NCBI GenBank assembly: GCA_034002745.1
Contig: JAVEZY010000001.1
Span: 15,428-79,427, forward strand
Length of the DNA stretch: 64,000 nt
Reading direction: 5' to 3'
From: Gammaproteobacteria bacterium
GTDB lineage: Bacteria; Pseudomonadota; Gammaproteobacteria; SZUA-140
The notes below the pieces were generated by a model. That model was not told the DNA's origin. It was given only the letters and a program-made list of their open reading frames with translations, and made no database searches. The position numbers were made by a program, and so were the translations under genes. This document shows positions 1 to 9,639 of this stretch, piece after piece. Numbering within the stretch: the first letter of the stretch is position 1; every line of letters begins with the position of its first letter.

Positions 1-2685
1 CTGGATGAGCAGCCTACGGTGGTGCTGCGTGAGGTCGCCTCCAGCGATCTGCAACTCGCCCAGGACAGCTATCGCGCCTATGCGGCCATCACGGCAGACC
101 AGGCCCGGCGTGAATACGCGCTGCGCCGGATCGCCGATCTGCAACTGGCGATCGGCGAGGAGGCGCTGGCCAGCGGACGGCCCCATCGCCAGGCATTCGC
201 GGACGCGGTGGTGGCCTTTCAGGAACTGCTGCGCCAGTACCCCGATCATGCCCGTGCGGACGAGGTGCATTATCAGATCGCGCGCGCCTGGGACAATGCC
301 GGCGATGAGGCGCGTTCGCTGGCGGCGCTGAAGCACGTGACCGACCGTTATCCGGACTCGCCTCTGTATGCCGAGAGCCAGTTTCGTCGTGGCGAAATAT
401 TGTTCGCTCGTCGCGACTACGCCGCGGCACAGACCGCCTATACCGCCGTGCTTGCGGCGAATGACGGTGGCGTGTTTCAGGATCAGGCTCGCTACAAGCG
501 GGGTTGGTCGTTCTATCTGCGAGGCGCGGTCCCCGAGGCGCTCGCCGACTTCATGGCGGTGCTTGCACGCAGTCTGGTGTCCGGCAGCGAGTTCCGCACG
601 CATCTCGCGCTGGAATCCTTGCCACGCACCCAGCGCGAGCTGGTGGACGACACCCTGAGGGTGATCAGCCTTGGCTTCGCGCGTCAGGGCGGTGCGAATG
701 CCGTGACCGCCTGGTTCGAGCGCCACGGCGGTGCGCCGTTCGAGCCGCTGGTCTATTCGCGGCTTGCCGAACATTACCTCGCCGAGCGGCAGTATGAACA
801 GGCCGCAGATACCCTGCATGCATTCGTCGCGCGCCATCCGCTCCATGAACAGGCGCCCCTGTTCCAGATCCGCGTTGCTGAAATCTACGATCGTGCCGGG
901 GAGGATGCGCGCGCCGATTCCGCTCGCAATGAGTTCATCGCCGGCTACGGACGGGAGAGCGCCTATTGGGAGCAGCGCGATCTGGCGCGCATGCCGCTGG
1001 TGTCGCAAAAGCTGCGCGACGAATTCCTGACCCAGGCCCAGCGCTCTCATGCCGAAGCGCAGCGCAGCGGTCTGCAGGCCGACTACCTCACGGCGGCACG
1101 CTGGTACCGTGATTATCTGGCCTTCTTCCCCGATGACGGGCGGGCGCCGGAGCTTTCATTCCTGCTGGGCGAACTGCTGTTCGAAAGCGGCCGCTACGCC
1201 GAAGCGGTGGAGCATTACGAGCAGAGCGCCTATCGCTATTCGCCCCATCCGAAAGCGGCCGACGCGGGATACGCCGCGCTGGTGTCCTACCAGCGTATGC
1301 TCGAGGAGACCGCCGAGGGCGAAGCCCGCCAGCTGCTGCTCGCGCGATCGATCGACGCGGCGGTGCGTTTCACCGGTCAGTTTCCGCGCCACCCCGAAGT
1401 GTCGACGGTGATGACGCGGGCCGCGCAGCACCTCTTTGCCGCCGGGCAGCATTCACGCGCTCTGACCATGGCGCTGCGCATCACCGGCGGCAGCTCCGCG
1501 GCGCCCGAACTGCGGCGGACGGCGTGGGTGGTCGCTGGCGACGTGCAGTTCGAGCGCGCCGAGTACGGTCTGGCGGAGACTTCGTATACTTCCGCGCTGG
1601 AGATCGCCGAGGATCCGCAGCTGCGTGAGCGACTGGCGGTCGCGATCTATCGACAGGGAGAGGCCGCCCGCGAGCTTGGCAGCCGGGGCGAGGCGCGACA
1701 GCATTTTCTGCGCGCCGCCGCGGCGGCGCCGCGGAGCGCCATCGCCGAAACCGCGGAGTACGATGCGTTGGCGATCACCCTCACGCTGCGTGACTGGCCG
1801 GCGGCCAGAGATCAGCTCGAGCGCTTCCGCATGGCCTGGCCCGAGAGCCGCTTGCAGAAGGATGTGACGCGCGAATTGGCGCTGGTTTATCTCGAACTCG
1901 GCGAGCATGCGCGTGCCGCGGAGGAGTTCGGTCGCATGGCTGCGAGCACCGATGACGAGGAAGAGGCGCGCGCCGCGCTGTGGCGGTCGGCGGAGCTGTA
2001 CGATCAGGTCGGAGACATGACCCGGGCGTCCCTGGCCTGGCAGCGCTATATCACGCTCTATCCCGAGCCGGTGGACCGCGCGATCGAAGCGCGCCTGCGC
2101 ATCGCCAAGGCTTTTCAGTCACGAGGGGATGTGGAGAGCCGTCGTCAGTGGCTGGGCGAGGTCGTGTCCGCATTCGAGAGCGATGGGGGGAGTGCGGGCA
2201 GCGACTTCAGCCGCCAGGCCGCCGCACAGGCGGCGCTCGAACTTGCCGCTCCGGCGCGCGAACGGTTCGAGCGCCTGCGATTGGTCGCGCCGCTCGACCG
2301 CAGCCTGCGCCAGAAGCGCGCGGCGATGGAAGCGGCGCTCGAGGCCTATGGGCGGGCGGCACGCTTCGGCATTCCCGAAGTGGCCACCGCCGCCACCTAT
2401 CACATCGGCGAGATCTATCATGGCTTCGGTCGCGCCCTGCTCGAATCGGAGCGTCCGGCGGACCTGTCCGAGGATGAACTGGAAGAGTACGACGTACTGC
2501 TCGAGGAGCAGGCCTATCCCTTCGAGGAGGAGGCCATCAAGCTGCACGAAGTCAATTTCCGCCGCATACCCCAGGGTTTCTACGATCGCTGGGTGCGCGC
2601 GAGCATGGAGCAGCTGGCGACCCTGATGCCGGTGCGTTACGGCAAGATGGAAAAGAAGGTGGAGATCGTTGAAACGCTGCATTGA
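1..2685 (+). CDS. Large tetratricopeptide-repeat (TPR) protein, 5' end outside window
   Basis: The reading frame is open from nt 1 with no stop, so the gene begins upstream. The roughly 890-aa product has repeated A/L/Y/R-rich helical TPR-like units. It leads the ExbB/ExbD/TonB cluster and overlaps the next gene by 17 nt. Confidence 0.6.
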   Translation: MDEQPTVVLREVASSDLQLAQDSYRAYAAITADQARREYALRRIADLQLAIGEEALASGRPHRQAFADAVVAFQELLRQYPDHARADEVHYQIARAWDNAGDEARSLAALKHVTDRYPDSPLYAESQFRRGEILFARRDYAAAQTAYTAVLAANDGGVFQDQARYKRGWSFYLRGAVPEALADFMAVLARSLVSGSEFRTHLALESLPRTQRELVDDTLRVISLGFARQGGANAVTAWFERHGGAPFEPLVYSRLAEHYLAERQYEQAADTLHAFVARHPLHEQAPLFQIRVAEIYDRAGEDARADSARNEFIAGYGRESAYWEQRDLARMPLVSQKLRDEFLTQAQRSHAEAQRSGLQADYLTAARWYRDYLAFFPDDGRAPELSFLLGELLFESGRYAEAVEHYEQSAYRYSPHPKAADAGYAALVSYQRMLEETAEGEARQLLLARSIDAAVRFTGQFPRHPEVSTVMTRAAQHLFAAGQHSRALTMALRITGGSSAAPELRRTAWVVAGDVQFERAEYGLAETSYTSALEIAEDPQLRERLAVAIYRQGEAARELGSRGEARQHFLRAAAAAPRSAIAETAEYDALAITLTLRDWPAARDQLERFRMAWPESRLQKDVTRELALVYLELGEHARAAEEFGRMAASTDDEEEARAALWRSAELYDQVGDMTRASLAWQRYITLYPEPVDRAIEARLRIAKAFQSRGDVESRRQWLGEVVSAFESDGGSAGSDFSRQAAAQAALELAAPARERFERLRLVAPLDRSLRQKRAAMEAALEAYGRAARFGIPEVATAATYHIGEIYHGFGRALLESERPADLSEDELEEYDVLLEEQAYPFEEEAIKLHEVNFRRIPQGFYDRWVRASMEQLATLMPVRYGKMEKKVEIVETLH

Positions 2686-3325
2686 AGCGCTGGCAGGGGC
2701 GATTGGAATCGCGCTGATTCTCGGCGGCTGCGCCGGCGTTCCGAGCGCGCCTCCCCCGTCCGACGCCGCGGCCGATCGGGTGCCGGAGGCGCAGTCACCC
2801 GCGCCCGCGACGCCGTCATCGGCAGCGCAGATGCACTTTGACGCCGCGCTCGATCTCATGCGCCGTGGCCTGGACGAAGAAGCGGCAACGGCATTCTTTG
2901 CCATGACGCGTGCCTATCCGGATTTCACCGCACCGCTCCTGAACCTGGCCATCATCCGCGCGCAGGCTGGCCGCACCGAAGAGGCGGAAAACGCGCTGCT
3001 TCAGGCGCTTGAGCGTGATCCGAACAATGTGCTGGCCGCCGATATGCTCGGCGTGCTGTACCGCGAGGCCGGGCGATTCGATGAGGCGCGAGAAGCCTAT
3101 GAGCAGGCGCTGGTGATCGACCCATCGCGCGCGGATACGCATTACAATCTTGGCATTCTGTACGATCTGTATCTGCAGGCGCCGCGCAAGGCGCTGGCGC
3201 ACTATGAGCTCAATCGTCATTATGGCGGCGAGGACAATGCCGTCGTCGAGCGTTGGCTCGCGGATCTCCGGCAGCGTCTGGCCGCGGAGCATGCGCCGTC
3301 CGCGCAAGAAGGGGAGACTCGATGA
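2669..3325 (+). CDS. TPR-repeat lipoprotein
   Basis: TTG start. The N-terminus MKRCIEALAGAIGIALILGGC has a lipobox (LGGC). TPR-like helical repeats follow (FFAMTRAYPDF..., LGVLYREAGRFDEAREAYEQAL). Confidence 0.5.
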   Translation: MKRCIEALAGAIGIALILGGCAGVPSAPPPSDAAADRVPEAQSPAPATPSSAAQMHFDAALDLMRRGLDEEAATAFFAMTRAYPDFTAPLLNLAIIRAQAGRTEEAENALLQALERDPNNVLAADMLGVLYREAGRFDEAREAYEQALVIDPSRADTHYNLGILYDLYLQAPRKALAHYELNRHYGGEDNAVVERWLADLRQRLAAEHAPSAQEGETR

Positions 3326-3618
3326 CCCGCTCGGCGAGTTTCGCGATGGTTGCATGGCTGGCTGTCTTTTCGGCCGGCGCTGCTGCGCAGACGCCGACGC
3401 TCACGGCCGTTCCCTCGCAGGATATGCCTGAAGTGCTGTACGTCGTGCCCTGGAAGGACAGCGAGCAGGGGCCGCCGCTCGAGCCACCACGCATGCGCGT
3501 CGATGACGCGGCGGCGCTGGAACCGCTGGATCGCGAAACCTTCCTGCGCGAATTGCGTTACCGTGGCGGAGCGGCAGCTGCGCGGAGTGCTTCGCCGCCC
3601 GGATCCCGAATGCCCTAG
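3322..3618 (+). CDS. Small secreted protein with signal peptide, unknown function
   Basis: Internal ATG at 3322 follows an AGGGGAG Shine-Dalgarno-like motif. MTRSASFAMVAWLAVFSAGAAAQ is a signal peptide. The gene sits directly upstream of exbB in the same orientation. Confidence 0.4.
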   Translation: MTRSASFAMVAWLAVFSAGAAAQTPTLTAVPSQDMPEVLYVVPWKDSEQGPPLEPPRMRVDDAAALEPLDRETFLRELRYRGGAAAARSASPPGSRMP

Positions 3619-3627
3619 GAGATTTGC

Positions 3628-4278
3628 ATGGATATCTACGCAACGACGATCCGCTTTTTCCAGGAAGGCGGCTTGTTCATGTATCCCATCGCCGTCGTGC
3701 TCGCGCTCGGTACGGCCATCGCCATCGAGCGCTTCGTCTATCTCGGCGGTGTGCGACGCGCCAATCGCAGGGTATGGCAGGATCTGTCCGGTCTGCTGAC
3801 GCGACGCGACTTCACGAAAGCACTGGCCTATACCCGTGATTCCGACGCCACCATGAGCCGGATTTTCGCGTATGGTCTCGAGCGCTCGCAGTCGAGCGGG
3901 CGCCGCGACGATATCGAGACGGCGATGGAGGAGGGGCTGATCGAAGTGCTGCCGCGGCTGGAGAAGCGCACGCACTATCTGGGGACGCTGGCCAACGTCT
4001 CGACCCTGCTCGGGCTGCTCGGCACCATCATCGGCCTCATCCAGGCCTTCACCGCGGTGGCTTCGGCGAATCCGGCGGAGAAGGCCGACATGCTTTCGGC
4101 GAGTATTTCCGTCGCCATGAACACCACGGCATTCGGACTCATGGTCGCCATTCCCATGCTGCTGCTCCATACCCTGTTGCAGACCAAGACCACCGAACTG
4201 ATCGACGGGCTGGAGATGGCGTCGGTCAAGTTCCTCAACCTGATCACCGCGCCCACGCGCGAAGCCGGCACCGCATGA
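3628..4278 (+). CDS. exbB: MotA/TolQ/ExbB family proton channel
   Basis: 216 aa with three transmembrane helices. The conserved C-terminal GLLGTIIGLIQAF....NTTAFGLMVAIP pattern is typical of ExbB/TolQ. Confidence 0.85.
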   Translation: MDIYATTIRFFQEGGLFMYPIAVVLALGTAIAIERFVYLGGVRRANRRVWQDLSGLLTRRDFTKALAYTRDSDATMSRIFAYGLERSQSSGRRDDIETAMEEGLIEVLPRLEKRTHYLGTLANVSTLLGLLGTIIGLIQAFTAVASANPAEKADMLSASISVAMNTTAFGLMVAIPMLLLHTLLQTKTTELIDGLEMASVKFLNLITAPTREAGTA

Positions 4279-4772
4279 AGCTGCGCCGCTGGCGTCGCCA
4301 CCGGCAGCAGCCGGGCGAGCTGGACATCACGGCATTCATGAACCTGATGGTCATCCTGGTGCCGTTCCTGCTGGTCACGGCGGTGTTCTCGCGTATCGCC
4401 GTGATCGAGCTGGGGCTGCCATCCTCGGCAGATGCCGCTGCGGGAGAGATGCCGCTGCGACTCGAGATCACTGTGCGTGAAGACCGCCTCGAGGTTGCCA
4501 ATCAGGGTGGCACGCCGCTGCTGCTTCCGCGCAGCGGTGGGGATCACGACTATGATGGGCTTGCCGACGTGCTCAAGGCGATCAAGGCCGAACATCCCCT
4601 GCTGAACGACGCTACCATCCTGCTCGAGCCGGATGTTCCCTATGAAGTGCTGGTCCGGGTGATGGACACGACGCGGATCGGTACGGTGGTTCAGCCTGGG
4701 ACGGTGACGCGGGTCGATCTGTTTCCCGGAATATCGATCGGTGACGCTGCGCCGCGTCCCGGAGACGCCTGA
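4275..4772 (+). CDS. exbD: Biopolymer transport protein ExbD/TolR
   Basis: N-terminal ELDITAFMNLMVILVPFLLV single transmembrane segment, typical of ExbD/TolR. 4-nt overlap with exbB. Confidence 0.8.
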   Translation: MKLRRWRRHRQQPGELDITAFMNLMVILVPFLLVTAVFSRIAVIELGLPSSADAAAGEMPLRLEITVREDRLEVANQGGTPLLLPRSGGDHDYDGLADVLKAIKAEHPLLNDATILLEPDVPYEVLVRVMDTTRIGTVVQPGTVTRVDLFPGISIGDAAPRPGDA

Positions 4773-4784
4773 GGCGGCCGCACG

Positions 4785-5291
4785 ATGAAGATGTCGCGTC
4801 GCGCATTGCGCATGGAGCGCCATCACCGCCGCCACCGGGCGGCCACCGGACTCAATCTGGTGTCCTTGATGGATATCTTCACCATCCTCGTGTTCTTTCT
4901 GCTGGTCAATTCGAGCGAAGTCGAGCTGCTGCCGAGCACGCGTTCGATCGAGTTGCCGGAGTCCATCGCCGAGGAGCGACCGCGCGAGACGGTGGTGGTG
5001 ATGGTGACCGACACCGACATTCTGGTACAGGGAGAGCGCGTCGCCGGCCTGCAGGAGGCGCTGGGCGATGGTGAGACCGATATCGCTCCGTTGACCCGGG
5101 CGCTGGCAGGCCTGGCGGCGCGTGGCCGGTCTGCAGATGATGCAGCGGACGCGGTCGGGCCGGAAGCCACGGTCATGGCGGCACGGCTGCTGCCCTACAG
5201 TGTCATCCGTCGCGTCATGCTGTCCTGTGCCGAAGCCGGGTATGGCCAGGTTTCATTCGCGGTTTTGCAGCGGGCGGGAGAAGAGGGATGA
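4785..5291 (+). CDS. exbD: Second biopolymer transport protein ExbD/TolR
   Basis: GLNLVSLMDIFTILVFFLLV transmembrane segment plus an ExbD-like periplasmic domain. This is a paralogous second copy. Confidence 0.8.
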   Translation: MKMSRRALRMERHHRRHRAATGLNLVSLMDIFTILVFFLLVNSSEVELLPSTRSIELPESIAEERPRETVVVMVTDTDILVQGERVAGLQEALGDGETDIAPLTRALAGLAARGRSADDAADAVGPEATVMAARLLPYSVIRRVMLSCAEAGYGQVSFAVLQRAGEEG

Positions 5292-6220
5292 GCACGGCCG
5301 CGGCATCCCAGGCGCTGTTCTGGGACGAAGGCCCCGATGAGCGCCGCTTTCGCCTCATCGCGTCGAGCGCGGTCATCATTACCCTGTCGTTGGCGCTCAT
5401 CGTGCCGCTCATCGACATGCCTGCGCCGGCGGTGCGCTTCATGGACGAGGTGTCGCCGCGGTTTGCCCAGCTGCTGCAGGACCGGCCGCAGCCGCCTCCT
5501 CCCCCGCCGCCCGCCCCGGAAGAAATGCCGAGGGAGGTCGTTCCGGAGCAGGCGCTGCCGCCTGAGCCTGTTTCGCCACCCGAACCCCTGCCCGCTGCGC
5601 CGACGCCACCCGAGCCGCCTGTTCCCGCCGCGCGTGAACGCGCCGCCCGCAGCGGTCTGCTCGCCCTCAGCCAGGAAATCGCCCAGTTGCGCAGTGACAG
5701 TCCGCTGCGGTCGCTGGAGAACCAGGAGCTGCGCGCTGCCCAGCCCGTTGCCGAACCACAGGATGTCCAGGCAGTCATTTCCTCGCGGGCGGGGGCCGCA
5801 AGCGGTGGCGTAAGCAGTGCGCCGGCGCAGGGAGAGGCTACCCGTCTCGCCGAACATGAAGTGACGCGGGTGGACGCACCGCTCGTGGTGCGAGATACGG
5901 ACCTTGCCGAAGGCGCCGCACCCGTGTTGCCGGCCCGCTTCAGCGAGGAGATCCAGCGGGTGTTCGACGAGAACCGCGCTGCGCTCAACACGCTCTACCG
6001 GCGCGCGCTGCGCAACGATCCGAGTCTGCGTGGTACGGTGGTGCTCAGGCTGACGATTCTTCCCTCGGGCCAGGTGGCTGACTGCGAGATCGTATCCAGT
6101 GAACTGGGTGATGCCGAACTCGAGCGCCGCCTGGTGGCGCGGGTGAGGCAGTTCGATTTCGGCGCACGGGAGGTGGCCGTCACCACCACTACCTATCCGA
6201 TCGATTTCTTCCCCGGTTGA
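5288..6220 (+). CDS. TonB-like energy transducer (Pro-rich linker, C-terminal TonB_C / AgmX-PglI-like domain)
   Basis: N-terminal transmembrane segment, then a PPPPPPAPEEMP...PPEP proline-rich spacer. The C-terminal NTLYRRALRNDPSLRGTVVLRLTILPSGQV...VRQFDFG resembles a TonB C-terminal domain. 4-nt overlap with the preceding exbD. Confidence 0.6.
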   Translation: MSTAAASQALFWDEGPDERRFRLIASSAVIITLSLALIVPLIDMPAPAVRFMDEVSPRFAQLLQDRPQPPPPPPPAPEEMPREVVPEQALPPEPVSPPEPLPAAPTPPEPPVPAARERAARSGLLALSQEIAQLRSDSPLRSLENQELRAAQPVAEPQDVQAVISSRAGAASGGVSSAPAQGEATRLAEHEVTRVDAPLVVRDTDLAEGAAPVLPARFSEEIQRVFDENRAALNTLYRRALRNDPSLRGTVVLRLTILPSGQVADCEIVSSELGDAELERRLVARVRQFDFGAREVAVTTTTYPIDFFPG

Positions 6221-6322
6221 ATGGACCGCCCGGCGCGAACGAATGCCGGATCGAAATGACGCTGCATCCTCATTTGCGGGATGGCAGGCGCTTCAAGACA
6301 CAGTGAGCGATCCCGAGAAGGG

Positions 6323-7177
6323 CTAGCCGGCGACGCGGGTGAGGGGCTCGTGCGCCATGGCGTCAATGGAGACGTCGGCTGGCAGCGAGATGTCGACGCC
6401 GATCGGCAGATGATCGGAAACCGGATGCGGAAGCACCTGAACATCGTTCAGGGTAATGCTGGATGAAACCAGCACATGATCGATGCTGCGGTTGGGGCGC
6501 CAGCTGGGAAAGGTCGGCAGATCATCCGCGGGACGACGCAGCCTGGTGCAGTCGGTGAGCACCGATATTTCCTCGCTGCGGGAGTGGCAGTTGAAATCTC
6601 CCATGACCACCACGTGGCGGTAGCGATTGACCAGGCGCGCGATGTAGAGAATCTGGCGCATGCGGGCGCGTTTGCTCAGGCCGAGGTGGACCATGAGCAG
6701 GACCAGAGGCTGCTCGCCGCTGCCGTAATGGACTTCCATCAGGCCGCGGCCGGGAATGAGACCCGGCAGCCGGTGCTCGACGATATCCATGGGCGCATGA
6801 CGGCTGAGCAACCCATTGCTGTGCTGGGCGATCTTTCCCAGGTTGCGATTGGTCTGGTAATACCAGTGGGGAAAGCCGCCACGGCGGGCCAGAAATTCGA
6901 CCTGATTGACGAACGAACTGCGGAAACTGCCCGCATCCGCTTCCTGCAGGGCCACCACGTCGAATTCATTGACCAGCCGGGCAATGCGATCGAGATTGCT
7001 GAGGCTTTCGGCATGGGGGAGCACATGCTTCCAGCTTTGCGTCAGGTAATGGTGATAGCGCCGGCAGGCGATGCCGACCTGAATGTTGTAGCTGATCAGG
7101 CGCAGCCGGCGGCCGCTATCGACCGGTATCCCGGTTGAGGGCGGCTGAAGGACGAGGTTTTGCAGCTGCGCATTCAT
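6323..7177 (-). CDS. Endonuclease/exonuclease/phosphatase (EEP) family protein
   Basis: 284 aa. The LISYNIQ...ALQEAD...GDFN...SDHLPI motif set is typical of the EEP fold. Its start overlaps the stop of the upstream ALS gene by 4 nt. Confidence 0.8.
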   Translation of the reverse strand: MNAQLQNLVLQPPSTGIPVDSGRRLRLISYNIQVGIACRRYHHYLTQSWKHVLPHAESLSNLDRIARLVNEFDVVALQEADAGSFRSSFVNQVEFLARRGGFPHWYYQTNRNLGKIAQHSNGLLSRHAPMDIVEHRLPGLIPGRGLMEVHYGSGEQPLVLLMVHLGLSKRARMRQILYIARLVNRYRHVVVMGDFNCHSRSEEISVLTDCTRLRRPADDLPTFPSWRPNRSIDHVLVSSSITLNDVQVLPHPVSDHLPIGVDISLPADVSIDAMAHEPLTRVAG

Positions 7178-8844
7178 ATCGGAGCGACCATTTCACCCAG
7201 TTTGGCGGTAAGTTTCAGATTCTCGCTGTAATCCACGGGGCAGTCGATGATGCTGACGGTATTATCGGCCAGGGCCCGGCGGAGCACAGGAAGCAGGTCT
7301 TCGGCGCGTTCGATGCGGTACCCCTTGGCGCCGAAGGCCTCGGCATACTTGATGAAATCCGGATTGGTGAAGCGCACGTTGCTGCTGCGTCCATACCCTT
7401 GCATCTGTTTCCATTCTATCAGACCGTAGCCGTTGTCATTCCAGACCAGAATCACAAAAGCGAGACCCAGCCGCATGGCGGTCTCGATTTCCTGGGAATT
7501 CATCAGGAAGCCGGCGTCCCCGGTGACAGCGACGACCGCTCGCTCCGGGCGCGCAAGCTTGGCTGCGATGGCTCCTGGCACTGCGATGCCCATGCTGGCG
7601 AAACCGTTGGAAATCAAGCATGTATTCGGGTGTTCGCAGCGGAACATCCGCGCCATCCACATCTTGTGGGCGCCCACGTCGCAGATCACGATGTCTTCCA
7701 GGCCCAGGGCGGTGCGCAGATCCCAAATGATCTTCTGGGGCTTGAGCGGGCAGCAGTCATCACGGCCGTGCCGGTTCATGTCCTCGATCAGGGCTTCCCG
7801 CAACGGACGGAGCAGGTGGCCCGGATGGGGTGTCGCCGCGGCTGCCACCCGGGTCAGCGCGTGCCTGATGTCGCCGACGACACCGGCCGCCACTTCATAG
7901 CTGGCATCGACCTCGGCAGCCGCCGAGGCGATGTGGATGATTTTCCGGTCGCGGGTCGGGTGCCAAAGATGAGGATGGTATTCCACCAGATCGTAGCCGA
8001 TGCAGATGATGACATCGGCATGATCGAAGCCGACGTTGACGTAATCGCGCGACTGCAGGCCGGCGGTGCCGAGCGCCAGCGGGTGGCCGAATGGAATTAT
8101 TCCCTTGGCCATGAAAGTGTTGGCCACCGGAATGTTGAGGCGATCGGCGAAATCCTGCAGCTGCGCGCAGGCCCCGGCGCGGATCACGCCGTTGCCGGCA
8201 AGGATCATCGGGCGCTGGGCGTTGCTGATGATCTCCGCGGCGCGCAGCACGCTTTCCGCTGCGGGTTCGGGCGCCAGCGGATGTGAAACCCGCAGCGGCT
8301 CATCGTCAACGTCCATGGCCGCGATATTCTCGGGAAACTCGATGAAGGCGGCGCCGGTGCGTTCCATCTGCGCCAGCTTGAAGGCCTTGCGCACCACTTC
8401 GGGAATGATCCTCGGTGTCAGAAGACGCGAGGAATATTTCGTGATGTGCTGGAAAATGCTTTCCAGGTCCAGTACCTGATGCGATTCCTTGTGCAGCCGG
8501 TTGGTGCCCGCCTGGCCGGCGATGGCGACCAGGGGGGCGTAGTCCATGTTGGCGTCCGCGACAGCCGTGATCAGATTGGTCGCGCCCGGGCCCAGGGTGG
8601 ACAGGCAGACGCCCGCGCGGCCGGTGAGGCGGCCATAGACGTCCGCCATGAAGCCCGCGCCCTGCTCGTGGCGGACAGTCACGAAGCGGATCGAGGAATC
8701 CTGGAGTGCATCCATCAGGGCGAGGTTTTCCTCGCCCGGGATGCCGAAGATGTATTCGACGCCCTCGTTCTCCAGGCACCGGACGAACAGCTCGGCTGCC
8801 TTCATCGAGGTTCGCGCGCCCACTCTTGCGGGAGGCGCGAACAA
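7174..8844 (-). CDS. alsS: Thiamine-diphosphate-dependent acetolactate synthase, catabolic AlsS/BudB type
   Basis: 556 aa. N-terminal AELFVRCLENEGVEYIFGIPGEENL...RHEQGAGFMADVYGRLTGRAGVCLSTLGPGATNL and C-terminal GDAGFLMNSQEIETA...WNDNGYG TPP-binding motifs match catabolic ALS. No alsD is present next to it. Confidence 0.75.
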   Translation of the reverse strand: MFAPPARVGARTSMKAAELFVRCLENEGVEYIFGIPGEENLALMDALQDSSIRFVTVRHEQGAGFMADVYGRLTGRAGVCLSTLGPGATNLITAVADANMDYAPLVAIAGQAGTNRLHKESHQVLDLESIFQHITKYSSRLLTPRIIPEVVRKAFKLAQMERTGAAFIEFPENIAAMDVDDEPLRVSHPLAPEPAAESVLRAAEIISNAQRPMILAGNGVIRAGACAQLQDFADRLNIPVANTFMAKGIIPFGHPLALGTAGLQSRDYVNVGFDHADVIICIGYDLVEYHPHLWHPTRDRKIIHIASAAAEVDASYEVAAGVVGDIRHALTRVAAAATPHPGHLLRPLREALIEDMNRHGRDDCCPLKPQKIIWDLRTALGLEDIVICDVGAHKMWMARMFRCEHPNTCLISNGFASMGIAVPGAIAAKLARPERAVVAVTGDAGFLMNSQEIETAMRLGLAFVILVWNDNGYGLIEWKQMQGYGRSSNVRFTNPDFIKYAEAFGAKGYRIERAEDLLPVLRRALADNTVSIIDCPVDYSENLKLTAKLGEMVAPI

Positions 8845-8865
8845 TCCGGCTCAGGAGTCATGCGA

Positions 8866-9516
8866 TCAGTTGAGCGTGGCCGCTTCGCGGGCAACCAGGT
8901 GATCCATGATGTCGATCAAGGATTCGAACGAGCCAGCCGAGGCCGGGCTGGTGCGATACTTGCCATTGATCACCACTGCCGGCGTTCCCTCGATGCCGTA
9001 GCGGCGCGTCAGCTCGCGTGCGCGCGACACCTTGCTGTTGACGGCGAATGAGTTGAAGGCCTCCAGGAACTCGGCCTTGTCCACACCCTGGCGGGCGAAG
9101 AAATCGGCGAGGCTCTGTTCCGTGTCCAGCCGCTCCTTGCCGACGTGCATCGCGTCGAAGAGCTTGCCATGGATGCGTTCGAGCACGCCCAGAGCCTCCG
9201 CAGCGTAGTAGGCGCGGGCATGAATCGCCCAGCGTTCACTCAGGATCGCGGGCAGGCGTATGAACTCGACATTGGCCGGCTCACCGAGCAGCCACCGTTC
9301 GACATAGGGCTGAAAACGGTGGCAGTGCGGGCAGCCGTACCAGAACACCTCGACGACTTCGACCTTCTCCGGGTTGGCGGTCGGCTGCGCCGGTACGATC
9401 TTATGATAGGCCTGGCCTTCCTGGTACTTGACCGGGCCGGCTGCGATCGCCAGCAGCGGCAGCAGCAGCAGACTGTACACGGCGAGATGGCGCAGAATTC
9501 TCATTTCTTTCCTCAT
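8866..9516 (-). CDS. dsbA: Thiol:disulfide interchange protein DsbA
   Basis: Signal peptide followed by WYGCPHCHRF, which contains the CPHC active site. 216 aa. Confidence 0.85.
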   Translation of the reverse strand: MRKEMRILRHLAVYSLLLLPLLAIAAGPVKYQEGQAYHKIVPAQPTANPEKVEVVEVFWYGCPHCHRFQPYVERWLLGEPANVEFIRLPAILSERWAIHARAYYAAEALGVLERIHGKLFDAMHVGKERLDTEQSLADFFARQGVDKAEFLEAFNSFAVNSKVSRARELTRRYGIEGTPAVVINGKYRTSPASAGSFESLIDIMDHLVAREAATLN

Positions 9517-9639
9517 CGTTTGTTACTCTTGGGACCGACGCTCGCCGCCAGAGTTCCGCCATCGCGGATGACGGCGCGCACGCATGGGCGAAATTATACG
9601 TTAAGATGCGCAGCACCGCGGCCGCGCCGGAGGCGCATT

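Noticed and set aside
5-658. Short overlapping ORFs at the window start (108, 113 and 96 aa) in alternative frames of the TPR gene
   Set aside because: They are embedded in the large TPR ORF. The Arg/Pro-rich nonsense composition indicates off-frame artefacts.
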